A stretch of 64,000 bases of DNA from Octopus vulgaris. Lineage: Eukaryota. The stretch spans positions 44,764,001 to 44,828,000 of the forward strand of contig OX597816.1 in assembly GCA_951406725.2 (NCBI GenBank), given 5' to 3'. Shown here one piece after another: positions 12,792 through 25,426 of the stretch; position 1 is the stretch's first letter; each line of letters opens with the position of its first letter. The notes beneath the pieces were generated by a model. The model did not search any database, had not been told where the DNA came from, and saw nothing but the letters and a program-made list of their open reading frames with translations. The translations under genes and the position numbers were made by a program.

Positions 12792-13650
12792 TATATACAT
12801 ATATATGTAGGTATGTACATATATGTATGTATATATGCATATAGTTACATATTGTTTATATTATATGGTCGAACGCCACGCATCCTTCTCCAAGTAAGTC
12901 TTATCTCAATAATTACGATGCGCACTCTTCTATCTCTACTATCTCTTCTCCGTCTATCTCTCTCCCTCTCTTGTTCTTCATCCTTTCTGGTTTTCTCTCC
13001 CACTCTTCCCTATTCTTCTCCTCTCCTCTTCACCGTTCCCTCTCTATCACTCTTCCACCTTGACTCTCTCGTCGCTGAGACGTGACGAAAGGGAATCTAT
13101 CTTTCTGTCCATTTCCATCCTAAAGACAAGACGTGCTTATACCTGTCTCCTCTCATAGTTCGTCCTCCAAGCGTTCATGATAATTTTACTATCGTCTTGG
13201 CTTAACAGCCCTCACCGTTTGTTTTTTACTGTCTTGTTCTCACTGTCCTGTTCTTGTTACCACTTTCACCCTCCGCAAAAATCCCAAATTTTATTTAATT
13301 TGCATTGCGGGAAGGACTGTTTCCACAAAGTCGCGTATTGTCCTTACCTTCGAAAAGCGGCGTAGATTAAACAGGGGCAACTGATGAAGAGGAATATTCT
13401 TTATGTTGCATGTCTCGTTTCTCTGTTTTTTTCGTTGTTCGAAAACAAAGTTCGTTTTCGATGTTTTTGTTTTTACGTTTTCGTTTCTCATTATGTTCAA
13501 TGGTTTTTTTTTAATGTCCTGTACCCATAAAAGCATGTATATATACATATATATATGTAGGTATGTACATATATGAATGTATATATGCATATATTATTTA
13601 TATTATTTTATGCTCGAACGCTACGTATCCTTCTCCAAGTAATTTTTATC
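12791..13650 (+). mobile_element. ~745-bp partial-tandem element with a hammerhead relic
   Basis: ~115-bp direct repeat (12791-12905 vs 13536-13650, ...CGAACGC.ACG.ATCCTTCTCCAAGTAA). GCAA-CTGATGA-AGAGGAATATTCT...TTGC at 13377-13409. Confidence 0.55.
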
Positions 13651-13679
13651 ATGAAAGATGTGTATGTGTGTGTGTGTGT

Positions 13680-14470
13680 GAATAAACTGTCGTCTAAATT
13701 ACGTAAAACTGAAAATAACACTGACATTTCATTTTAACAGATATATTAACCAAAGTTACATAAAAATATCTTGAAATACTAAAGAGTAAACTTATTCCAT
13801 AAAATCGCCAATGGCTTCAACCACGGCCCCCAGAAACTTCGGAATCTCCTGCAACTCTTCTGGACGGTCTCTTTGTTTAAGTTGGTCAATGTTGCCATAA
13901 ACTCTACCTTGAGTTCATCTTTGATGTGACAAAGAGTTTTGTTGGTATCTCGCTCAACTGTGGCCCACGCATAATAATCGTGTTACAGTCTGGGGAGTTA
14001 GGTGGCCAGATGTTAGGAGTGATGTAGTCGTAGAAATTTCTGACAGACATGACTGGATTCTCCAGCTTCTGTGGCCTGGTGCAGGTCCTGTTGCAAGACA
14101 TAGGATGTTCTAGCAGGCGCTCTCTTCACCCAGGGCAGCACTACCTCCGCCAAGCACTTGATGCAGTTCTCCCTGTTGAGTGTGAGGCCCTGTTGGAAGA
14201 TGAATGGAGGCATAAGGTCGCCATCATAGTAATCACTCCAAACACCATGATGCTAACTGGATACTTGATTTTTATAACTCTTCGTTCATGTCCTCAGATT
14301 GCACTGTCCTCAGATTAACACCCAAACACACTAAAATGTTCGTATTGGAGTTTCCGGCGCGAATGCCGAGCAGTCCAGCATGTCGTTTCCAAATTTCTGG
14401 CTAAGCGAATTGCGTCATGGTGCTGTTTTTCTCACAGACAGTACCCAACTGACCCAACTATACTGTGGGT
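13680..14470 (-). mobile_element. maT-type (Tc1/mariner) transposon relic, internally deleted
   Basis: ORFs MPPFIF...VVLPWVKR...VLQQD and IWPPNSPDCN. Same family as 53341-54262. Confidence 0.8.
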
Positions 14471-14474
14471 ATAT

Positions 14475-14548
14475 ACGCAGCAACGGGCAAAATACCGCTA
14501 AGCATTTCGTCCAGCGCGCTAACGATTCTACCAGCCAACTCGCCGCCT
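14475..14548 (-). mobile_element. SINE family C head (GGCGGCGAGCTGGCAG type)
   Basis: Matches 61760-61828. Confidence 0.7.
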
Positions 14549-14589
14549 TGTCTGGCAGCTCGTGTATCTGCTATGATGATGATTATGAT

Positions 14590-15500
14590 GATGACGACGA
14601 TGATAAACACTGCATGGGCAATACCTCAGAGAAATAGAAAGGAAAGGCAAAACCAACAATCGGAGATGGCTAAGACAATAGTATCTGAAACGATGCATTG
14701 GAACACTAATAAGCAGCAGCCAGGAACAAGCTCTGAGAACTAATTATAAAAAGTTCCATAGAGACAAGAGCAGCGATCGTTCCTTTGTAGGATGTGTGAC
14801 AGCAAAAAATGAAACAATCTCACATAGTGTGGGGTAGTGCAGGAAGCTGGTCACTGCTAAAGGAGGCACGAGAACGTGGTTAAGTTTATTCACTGGAGAC
14901 TGTATGAAAAGTACGGTCTGGGCACAGCACGGAAATGGTACAAACATGAGCCAGAGGGCGTCACTGAGGACGATGAATGTAAGATCCTGTAGGATTTTAC
15001 AATTCATTGTCACTCCCTAATCCATGCTCGGAGACACGACATTGTTGTCGTGGATAAAAGGAAAACAGAAACTAAGATTATACATTTTTGCCATACCTGG
15101 GGATGCACGCGTAGTTGACAAAGAGGTGGAAAAAATGGAGAAAAAAGATGGAGACTACTGAAAGACGAAGACGAAATATGAGCAATGAAAAGAGTAACAG
15201 TTATCTCAGTAGTTGCAGTGGCACTCGGAGTACTAACAACCAGATATTAAAAATATGTCAGAGAAATTTGAATTAATATGAGGGTTGAGCAGGCCCAAAA
15301 AACTACTCCATAGGGGATAGCTGGAATTTTGAGATTGGTTCTTGAGTCTTGAGTGCCTTCCACGGTTAGTTAACATCCAGGTACCAATGCTTATAATTTG
15401 CGGAAAGAGAACCTGTGAGACCCCTAAACAACACAACAGGTCGCTCTCCGCTCTCACGGAATCAACCGGAGCAAGTAAGACCGAGAGCACTGAGAAGTAA
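14590..15500 (+). pseudogene. R4/Dong-like LINE 3' relic (zinc finger + REL endonuclease)
   Basis: Frameshifted motifs QEQALRTN, CRMC...ETISH, RRHENV and DIVVVDKRK, paralleling 38917-39637. Confidence 0.7.
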
Positions 15501-15501
15501 A

Positions 15502-15544
15502 ATGATGATGATGATGATGATGAGGAGGAGGAGGAGGAGGATTA

Positions 15545-15578
<34 letters not shown>

Positions 15579-15754
15579 GGTGGTGATGGTGGTGATGATG
15601 GTGGTGGTGATGAGGATGATGATGATGAGGATGACGACGACGACGATGACGATGACGATGATGATGATGATGATGACGACGACGACGACGACGACGATGA
15701 TGATGATGATGATGATGATGATGGTGATGGTGATGGTGGTGGTGATGGTGGTGG

Positions 15755-15801
<47 letters not shown>

Positions 15802-15803
15802 GT
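15502..15803. repeat. compound trinucleotide array (ATG/GTG/GAC/GAG)n
   Basis: Directly visible. It abuts the 3' end of the LINE relic. Confidence 0.95.
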
Positions 15804-16696
15804 AATTTTTATTTGCTATCAGCGTCAATGAATAATAAATAAACATCGATTCCAAGTTAGAGCCATTTCACTTGTTACACACACACACACACAAAACAAA
15901 ACAAAAAAACACAGAGGCAAACACTGACATGCAGACAGGCACGCTACCGTTGCAACTACGGTTACTATTGCAAAAGAAAAAAAAAAAAAACAAGTTTCTG
16001 CAACCGCAGATTCACAACAGAAGCAATTACCAACATTCGCAAAACGCCACCTACTATAACCATATAACTACTATACTATATACAAAGTGCCAATATCTTT
16101 AACATACCATTACAAACCTATCTGCTTTAAAATAATCATTCTTTGACACGTCTTTCGGACATCATTAGAATTCTGTGTCATAAAAAGTTTTTCAGCGAAC
16201 GAAGGGGAGGGAAAAAAAAAATTACTGCGGCTAACTTATAATGGCTTTTGATGTGTTTGTTGCCAACTGTCGACTATTAAAAGCTGTCGATATTTCCATC
16301 AACCAAATGGGGTGCTTAAGTTGAATAGATTCGAAATGAAGTCGCTATGTTATATTAACTGAGATTTGCAATGACATTTGTTCTCATTGAAATAGAAATA
16401 TAGATATTACTGTGTGACGAATTAATATCGAAAAAGCTTTTAGTTTGGTTGTCGACACATGAGCTCCATAAGCACTTGCACACACCACCATCACACCGTA
16501 TACTCTCTCTCTCTCTCCCTCTCTCTCTCTCTCTCCCTCATATTCACGCAGCAGAGCCAGTCACTACGAGAAAGAAAGAAATACGCAGACGTACATATGG
16601 GAATAGATTAGAATTAATAATTCGTGAATGTAGTGTATAACATTATTTCCGAGGATGTATGTATATGTGAGCGCGCATGTGTGTGTTTATGTATAC

Positions 16697-16740
<44 letters not shown>

Positions 16741-16843
16741 ATATAAACCACTCTTTTCTTTCTCTGGGCGTCTTATCAATACCTTACATGTGCTACATCC
16801 TCACGTTGTTGGTTTTTTTCGTCTTGTCTTTTTCTCTGCTTTC

Positions 16844-16890
<47 letters not shown>

Positions 16891-16920
16891 CAAAATAAGC
16901 CACAAGGATATCCAGAGGTA

Positions 16921-17009
16921 ATGCAGTACAATCGTTTCATGCGACTCCATTTAATTAAACAATGCAATCATTACATCAATTTAAAATGCAGAGCAACCTT
17001 CAGCTGCAC
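16921..17009 (-). ncRNA. type-I hammerhead ribozyme motif (A9G variant), left arm of a fold-back element
   Basis: Minus: GUGCAG CUGAAGG [long stem II] GAAAC GAUU GUA/ CUGCAU. Stem I is 6 bp. Confidence 0.6.
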
Positions 17010-17160
17010 AAAGACAGACTTTAATTTAAATTAGAACAGATGGCCATATTAGTATAATTATACCTACAATCTCGAAGAAGATAAGGAGATAGACAAAGAA
17101 AATGCTGTCCCAACTCCAGTTTAGAAGTTACTTCTAATTGAAATAAATTTCTATGTCTTT

Positions 17161-17247
17161 GTGCAGCTGAAGATTGATCTGCATTTTATTTTGATGTAAT
17201 GATTGCATTGTTCAATTAAATGGAATTGCATGAAACGATCGTATTCT
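17161..17247 (+). ncRNA. type-I hammerhead ribozyme motif, right arm of a fold-back element
   Basis: GUGCAG CUGAAGA [long stem II] GAAAC GAUC GUA. Palindromic loop III. The 3' strand of stem I is eroded next to (TA)n. Confidence 0.6.
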
Positions 17248-17261
17248 ATATATATATATAT

Positions 17262-17736
17262 ATATTATATATAGAGGACATTACTATACATAAATGACAC
17301 ACGCTAAGAGGGACTCTTAAAGTCAAAACTACTAAAATAAATAAACACATCGTACCGAATGCAACTTTCGAAGCCAGCCACTTAAAAACAGAATTTAGTT
17401 GTAGATCACTGTGATTTCATGATTAGTGCAGAAATACACTTTTTAATCATCAATACAAGCATAATTCAAGATTTATAACGAATGAACAAAATCAACATAC
17501 CAGACGAACAACCAATGTATCCAACGTAACATATAGAAATGTTCACCCTTTATACATCTATGTAAATGGCGGGCTTTTTCGAATTGCATTTCGGTAACAA
17601 TGTGCCTTTCGGAATAAAAATTCAGTACTGAGAGTTGCATTCGGTACGATGTGTTTATTTATTTTAGTAGCTTTGACTTTAAGAGACTCTCTTAGCGCGT
17701 GGCATTTATGTATAGTAATGCCCTCTATATAATATA
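17262..17736. mobile_element. fold-back / MITE-like element with ~96-bp inverted arms
   Basis: 17271-17366 is the reverse complement of 17633-17728 with few mismatches. TA-rich flanks. Confidence 0.75.
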
Positions 17737-17919
17737 AATGAATATATTTAAGTGAAAAAATTGGTGGATTTTTTCTCTTATGAGGTTTTCCACGCTAACT
17801 ACTTGATAACATTCTTATAAAGATTTTATCTTATTTTTAAATTGTAAATTTAACCGGAGTTAACAAGTAAAAGAATAAAAGAATAAAGGAATGTGTATAT
17901 ACATATATATGTGTGTGTA

Positions 17920-18057
<138 letters not shown>

Positions 18058-18139
18058 TGTATGCATTGCCCAATGTAATTAGTTCAAGAAATTTGAAAAG
18101 AATTTTACTAGGACACTCAAAATGAAAAAAGAATGCATT

Positions 18140-18640
18140 ATATGGATATATTTAGAATATTATCTGTAAGGCATACAAGGGTCGACTAGAAAAGCTGAAA
18201 CTCTATTCACTCCAACGACGTCGTGAACGCTACATTATTTGTATGATGTGGAAAATATTCCATCCGCACTGTCCACCTTTAAAATACACCCAAGACTTGG
18301 ACCCTGTGCCATCCGTCCACAACAAAAATCTAAATCGCATCTCATAACAACAATACGGCACAATTAATTCACCTCAATTGGCCCCGGTCTCTTCAACATT
18401 ACACCAGGACACGTCAAAACAGAAACTGACCACACAAAATTCAAGAAGTCTTTGGATAAATTCCTTCAAGCAGACAAACCACCCACACCCGGATATGTCT
18501 CCGCAAACAATAACTCTCTTCTCGAATGGGCCTTGGTGCCCAAATCCTGAATGGAAAGACTTCGCCAGGTGGTGCTATTAAGTAAGACATGGCCTGGGCC
18601 AATACTGGCCAAAACCTTTCTAAGTTATTCTAAGTTATAA
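18140..18640 (+). pseudogene. CR1-group LINE 3' relic
   Basis: RLEKLKLYSLQRRRERYIICMMWKI, then KFKKSLDKFLQ. Short tandem tail AAGTTATTCTAAGTTAT. Confidence 0.75.
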
Positions 18641-18738
18641 TTATATATATATATATATATATAATATAATTATATATACACAGACATGCGCACGTTCGTA
18701 TATAAACACATACATACATATGTGTGTGTGTGTGTGTG

Positions 18739-18811
<73 letters not shown>

Positions 18812-18892
18812 GTGCGTGTGTGTGTGTGTGTGCTTTCGGTGCGAATAGTTTTGTTACACGCTGCCGTGTATAATGATATTTATATAAGCTTC

Positions 18893-19123
18893 AAGCTTAT
18901 GGCGATCACCGGGCAATGACTAATAAAGGGGCATATAAGCCCTCGACGGTAAAAGTTGGCTTTCTTTTCCTTTGTTAACGCGGCTAAGTGTGTTAAAGGT
19001 AATACAGTCGCGTTAACAAAAGAATGTGGTTTCGAGTCCCAAGCGGATACGAAAGACATTTTTTTTCTGCTGATGGCTTATATGCCCCTGTATTAGTCAT
19101 TGCCCGGTGATCGCCATAAGCTT
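18893..19123. mobile_element. fold-back mini-element with 49-bp inverted arms and an inner 15-bp stem
   Basis: 18893-18941 pairs with 19075-19123 (1 mismatch). 18971-18985 pairs with 19006-19020. Confidence 0.75.
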
Positions 19124-19128
19124 TATAT

Positions 19129-19165
<37 letters not shown>

Positions 19166-19987
19166 TGTATGTATGTATGTATGTATGTATGTATGTATGT
19201 ATGTATATATCTATGTATATATATATATATAAATACTCACACATGTATGGCTAGGGTGTATACTACCATGACAATATCGCCTTCAAACTTTGGCACATGG
19301 CCAGCAGTTTGGGAGCTGGGAGGCAAGTCGATTACATCGGACCGAATACTCAACTGGTATATACTTCATTGACCCTGAAAGAGCGAAAGGCAAAGTCAAC
19401 CTCGGCGGAATTCGAAATTCCATCACGACAATGCTGATGTGCAATTTAAGACAGAAGTTTAATGCTACTTGATACTTTTGTCAGCAGACGTACAGAGAGA
19501 GAATCATAAATATGGATTGCCGCTTATTGTATTGTATGACAGAAACCGTTGAAATAGAGTCTATTTATAATTCAGTATTTGGTACATTTATCATCTACAC
19601 ATACTGTTCTCATTTTCTTTCGCCAATTTTTATTTTAGAAATGTTGCTTTGATTTACCTGATGCGCCATATCTCAATCATTTGCATCCATTTGCATGCGT
19701 TTCATCGTAGAATTAGAGAATGGTCTATTCAGAGATCTTTGTGAGTGTAACGAGGTCGTAGGATATAATACCTTGAAATAAAGAGTCAATGACCTGACGT
19801 TCGTGATTTGGTTCTCCTGTACTGTTATTGATATTGCTGTTCGGCGATAGGTCAGACTTGATCAAGCCGGTCTATGATCAAAGGCTTTGATACATGGAAT
19901 TTTCATTATATTTTATGATAAAGTATCCCGAGGACTTCATTATACAATGTTTGCGTTTAAAGATAGCTGAAGGAGATTTAGCTGCTA

Positions 19988-21380
19988 CTAGTAGACATAA
20001 TCAGCGTTGCTCGGGATTTAAATGACATAGTTTGTATATATGGTGCAGTTAAGGGGATACAGGGAAGTGCAGCATTGACGACAAAACATTTCTGGAGCAT
20101 ATGAATTGATAATTCGACTAAGTGACATTTCATGCGTCTGTTTGGAAGATTCCAGGCCCTAACCTTGTCATGGTGGGGTATGCGATTTTTGAACACACCA
20201 AAAACCTCTTGGTGGATATACTCTTCTTTGCGGCTGTCGGTGCTGCCACTACCTGGCTGAACAATCAGCAGACATAGGAACTATATCTATGTGATAGATT
20301 AAGCCTACGGGCGCGCTCGACTGCACCACATGAGAAGAATGACGTAGTAAGTGGGGTGAGGATTGGCAAGGAAGCGCTTGGAAACAACACTATCATGCAA
20401 TATTTCGGTTTGGAATCAATAGTCGTAGTTCAACCGTGCACTCCTTTGCGCAAACATCGTACGAGCATTATGAAGACAACTCAGCTCCCAAACGAAAATA
20501 ATTCCGCATGCAACATCGAGGTACGCAAGGTCACATTAAGGACATGGACTGTAACAGCGTGGTTGGGTCACGTGAGTTGAGTTGCTGACGTGGCTGGAAA
20601 TCAGTAGTCGTGGCTCAACCGTACACTCCTTTGCGTAAACAGCGTGCGACCATTGCGAGGACAACTCAACTCCCCAACGAAAACAATTCTGCATGCAGCA
20701 TCCGGGCACGCAAAGTCACATTAAGGATATGATCCCTAACAAATGTGGTTCGGTCTTAGACACCATAAATTAGTAGGTTAATGCATATGCGATATTTCGG
20801 TTCGTAATCAATAGCTGAAAAATATTTGTATGGGCTTTGTCTAGGCTTAGAAGGAAAACTTTGATACTGAAGCTAAACGAATATAGTTCAATAGTTGCTC
20901 AGGATTTAACATATTTTAGCATATTTTTCATAATAAACATAGTGCATTCCAAACGGTTTTTATTCCAACAAATTGCTACCTATGGTACTACGGGAACAGG
21001 CTATTATTGCTACCACTTAGACAATGCGGTTTGAAATCTGCATCGGTTCATCCATTTAATACAACCTACTTATACCATTTCAGTAGCTGCTTTTTCCAGT
21101 TTGAACAAAAGCAATGCGTGGACCATGCGGGCAGTCGTACATACCGAATGAAAGGGAGATTTCTACCCTCGAGGTCCCCGTTACTCATTATGCGAAAATA
21201 AAAATTTTAAGAGTCTAAAACCATCTCTGGAACATAAGTAATGTACGTTCCCAGTTTGGAGAAAATCAGTGGCGAACTTCAAAAGTTTTGCGGGTTTACA
21301 CACACACACATACACACATACACTCACACACACACGCGCGCGCGCACACACACACACATTCTCAATTTTATATATATAGA
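19988..21380 (-). mobile_element. non-autonomous Helitron, ~1.4 kb
   Basis: Minus 5' TCTATATATATAAAA, 3' subterminal hairpin (20001-20016), then CTAG. Lies between A and T with no TSD. Termini shared with 59864-60256. Confidence 0.7.
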
Positions 21381-21569
21381 TTTTTTGCAGATCAAGAAAC
21401 CATGTAGAATTCCACCTCGAGGATGATTGGTTGGTTGTAAAGTGCCGGAGAAAGTGCTTCGCGGGGTTTAGTTACATCTCTGTGATCTGAGTTCAGATCT
21501 CATTGGGGTCAACATACATTTTCCTCATTCTGGGTTAGTTAAAATAAGCAGCAATAAAATATTCAGTGA

Positions 21570-21860
21570 AAGGCAGCGAGTAAGTAGATTCGTTACCGTG
21601 GCGGACAAAATGGTTAGCTTTGCATTCTAAATTCGAATACCGCCAAGGTCGACTTTGCCCTTTATCCCTTTTGGGGTCGATAAAATAAGTATTAGTTGAG
21701 CACTGGAGTCACTGAAATCGACTAACCCCTCTCGCAAGCTTTTAGACCTTGCACCTGTAGTAGAAAGAATTAAATACTTAGTAAAAAGGCGGCGAGATAA
21801 TATATTCGTTCCGCGCCGGACAAAATGCTTAGCTTTACGTTCTGTGTCCAAATTCCACCA
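21570..21860 (+). mobile_element. SINE family C, degenerate copies
   Basis: GGCAGCGAG...GTCGACTTTGCCC TTTATCCCTTTTGGGGTCGATAAAATAAGTA matches the reverse of 61601-61828. Confidence 0.7.
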
Positions 21861-21952
21861 ATATCTCAGGATTGTACCTATAGTTGAAAGAACTAAATCT
21901 CTCCTATCTTATCAGCAACACGGTCCTCTAAAGTATATGCCTTGTCCCTGTT

Positions 21953-22262
21953 GTGAAGGCGCGTGGCTTAGTGACGATTGTAAGGTCGTGAGTTCGATTC
22001 CCGGCGATGCGTTGTGTCCTTGAGCAAGACACTTTATTTCACGTTGCTCCAGTCCACTCAGCTGGCAAAAATGAGTAGTACCTGTATTTCAAAAAGGGCC
22101 AGCCTTGTCACGCTCTGTGTCACGCTGAATCTCCCAGAGAACTACGTTAAGGGTACTCGTGTCTGTGGATTGCTCAGTCACTTGCACGTTAATTCCACAA
22201 GCAAGCTATTCCGTTGATCGTATCAGCTGGCACCCTCGTCGTCGTAACCGACGGAGTGCTCC
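21953..22262 (+). mobile_element. SINE family B, head H1 + tail T1, with TSD
   Basis: GTGAAGGCGCGTGGCTTAGTG...GTCGTAACCGACGGAGTGCTCC. Flanking duplication ATGCCTTGTCC(C/T)TGT. Confidence 0.85.
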
Positions 22263-22385
22263 TAAAGATGCCTTGTCCTTGTGTTTGAAACATTATTGTT
22301 CTTAATGAGTGTAATAGTGTCCCAGTATTTAGTTACTTGTATTTAACTTTTGAATTCAAACCCCGTCTGAGTTTCTTTCTTTCTT

Positions 22386-22787
22386 TCTTTTACTTGTTTC
22401 AGTCAGTTGACTGCGGCCATGCTGGAGCACCGCCTTTAGTCGAGCAAATCGACCCCGGGACTTATTCTTTCGTAAGCCCAGTACTTATTCTATCGGTCTC
22501 TTTTTGCTGAACCGCTAAGTTACGGGGACGTAAACACACCAGCATCGGTTGTCAAGCAATGCTAGGGGGACAAACACAGACACACAAACATGCACACACA
22601 TACATATATATATATACATATATACGACAGGCTTCTTTCAGTTTCCATCTACCAAATCCACTCACAAGGCATTGGTCGGCCCGGGGCTATAGCAGAAGAC
22701 ACTTACCCAAGATGCCACGCAGTGGACTGAACCCGGAACCATGTGGTTGGTTAGCAAGCTACTTACCACACAGCCACTCCTGCGCCT
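22386..22787 (-). mobile_element. SINE family A, full length
   Basis: Near-identical to 315-726. Confidence 0.9.
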
Positions 22788-23585
22788 ATATTTGTCTATA
22801 TTTGTATCCTTTCATTTCTATCATCGATTAAATACCACCCAAAGACATTGCGTTGAATCTGTTGTATACCCCTTAAATTCATTTACAATTTGTAGCACTT
22901 CTTTACGGTTAGGTAGTCAGTGATTTGCGAATGCATTTTCTCTTATATGAATGAGAATCCAACTGATAAGTCTAACGACATTTGCTTTTGATGGGGCGCT
23001 ATGTAGGTGGTGTCTTAGGAATCTGCCACACGACACTCTCAAGAATAATAGAGGGAGAAGGTGGATTTGGTGGATGGATGGATTGATGGACAGACGAACG
23101 GAAGAACGTATGGACGAATGAACGGAGGGACGGACGGACGGAAGGACGGACGGGTAGATGGTTAAATGGAAGGATTGTTAGATTAAAGGACTGATGGAAG
23201 GATGGAAGGATGGAAGGACGGACGGTTGGACGAACGGATGGATGGATTGATGGATAAATGAACGATTGTATTCCAACAGTAATGACGGTGGATCATTCTT
23301 GCAAATTTCGTAATTGTGCGGTCCACTACAATATTGACACAGCATTGTGATTCCAACTTTACAAGACGACATCTTAAACTTTTCAAAATTTAGATCGATT
23401 GACATTTAATGAGAAAGGAAGCAAAGTAATAAAAAGAAAAAACTAAACAGAAATACAAAGAACGAAAATATGAAAACATGGGTATCTTGTTAATTAAGCG
23501 ATATTTCAGATTTTCACTTCTTTCTGTGATTTTTCCAGTTCGGTTTTCTTTTCCTGCTGCGTGCTCTCTTTATCTTTTTTGTTTC

Positions 23586-23751
23586 AGGCGCAGGAGTGGC
23601 TGTGTGGTAAGTAGCTTGCTTACCAACCACATGGTTCCGGGTTCAGTCCCACGACGTGGCACCTTGGGCAAGTGTCTTCTGCAATAGTCTCGGGCCGACA
23701 AAAGCCTTGTGAGGGGATTTGGTAGAAGGAAACTGAAAGAAGCCCGTCGTT

Positions 23752-23850
<99 letters not shown>

Positions 23851-24065
23851 TTGTGTGTGCTTGTGTGTCTGTGTTTGTCCCTCCACCCAACATCTCTTGA
23901 CCACCGACGCTGGTGTGTTTATGCCCCGTAACTTAGCGGTTCGGCAAAAGAGACCGATAGAATTAGAATAATAGAATAATGAATAAGTCCTGGGGGTCGA
24001 TTTGCTCGACTAATGGCGGTGTTCCAGTATGGCCGCAGTCAAATGACTGAAACAAGTAAAAGAGA
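23586..24065 (+). mobile_element. SINE family A with expanded internal (TG)n
   Basis: Same head and tail. Internal microsatellite ~115 bp. Confidence 0.9.
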
Positions 24066-25206
24066 ATATATGTATGTATGCCCGTGTCACATGGTATTGA
24101 AGAATTAGACTTTTCTTTTATATTTTCTCTAATGAACTGGAATATCTATGATTCGAATTTCATCAAAATAGCAGATTAAGAATTTTAATGAGGGTTCTTT
24201 CCCTCTTTACACACCCTAACAAAAATTCTAATCGTGACATATTTATCCTATACTACTCATCTTTACCCAGATTCCAAAATCCAGATCTTATAAAACCTAT
24301 CTAAAGGTTTTTGCTCCAGAAAAATGGAGCACATGGAGCTCTAAAGTGTGGGTGTTAAGGCCCCTTAAAGTCAACTAGAGAAATTGAATTGTTGGGAATA
24401 TTTTTTAACTTGTGTCTTATATCTATTGTTCAAATTTCTTTGAAATCGGAAATATATGAATGTTCACTGGGTTTGTAAAAGAGAGCAAAGCTACAGGAAA
24501 CCAAAAGACGAATGATCACAATAAGCAGTCAGCTACCCTACCCTAGTCGTTACACACCCCAATGTAGGATTCCTCACCATACAGGTGACCGGCACAGCCG
24601 TAAGATGCATTACGGATCTATAGCAATTGGAAGGGCATGACCCAACTCAAATAAACATTAACAACTGTGTGACGTGAGGGCTAAGGAGAAATGAAAGTGT
24701 CACCTCTGGAGTTTGCCAATGATCACTATGCCGATAGGTAACTGAACAGAATAAATTTGCAATCTATAAATCTCTTTGAATGGCCAATCACTTATCTGGA
24801 AAGGCCTTGAAATCAATGTTACCATCTGGAGACTATCTATGACCCAGTGATAATAAAAAGACTCAAAGGAGGTCTGCAACCAAATAACTTTACTCAAAAT
24901 AACACTTTGCATCTGAATCAATGGAGGCAAAGATGCTTCTCCTGTACTTGACAATTTATGCACCACATTGCAGAAATATAAGAAGTATAAATCAAAGGAA
25001 ACTCTTACACTGTTGTACCAATAAATTACAAATAACGCTCATCTTGTATGCTCAGGTGGCTCTACAGCTTCCAAGACTACAAATGTATTGGACCTGGCTT
25101 AGGAAAAATGACTAAATTGTAGGGGTTCAGGGGTCTTAATAACTCCTAAGAAGTTGAAATTTTTGGAACATTACTTCATTCATGTCTATCTATGGTTAAA
25201 ATATCA

Positions 25207-25301
25207 TCAACAAGAGACGAAGACAGGTGGTGTAGACAACAAACAGATGTATTAGTTTAACGCTCGGGAAGTGAAAAAGTCTTTAACGTTTCGAGCCTAC
25301 G

Positions 25302-25302
<1 letters not shown>
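25207..25302 (-). mobile_element. hammerhead mini-element, 3' half
   Basis: Minus GCGTAGGCTCGAAACGTTAAAGAC...CCACCTGTCTTCGTC matches 42266-42390. Confidence 0.7.
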
Positions 25303-25358
<56 letters not shown>

Positions 25359-25426
25359 ATACATATACACATATATAAAGCAAATAAATCTATATATACA
25401 TGTATATATACATATACACATATATG

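Noticed and set aside
15415-15855. poly-His / poly-Met ORFs
   Set aside because: Trinucleotide array at a LINE 3' end, with no complex coding flanks.
24090-25200. Helentron-like motifs and an APE-like IYAPH fragment
   Set aside because: Too degraded to fix boundaries or class.
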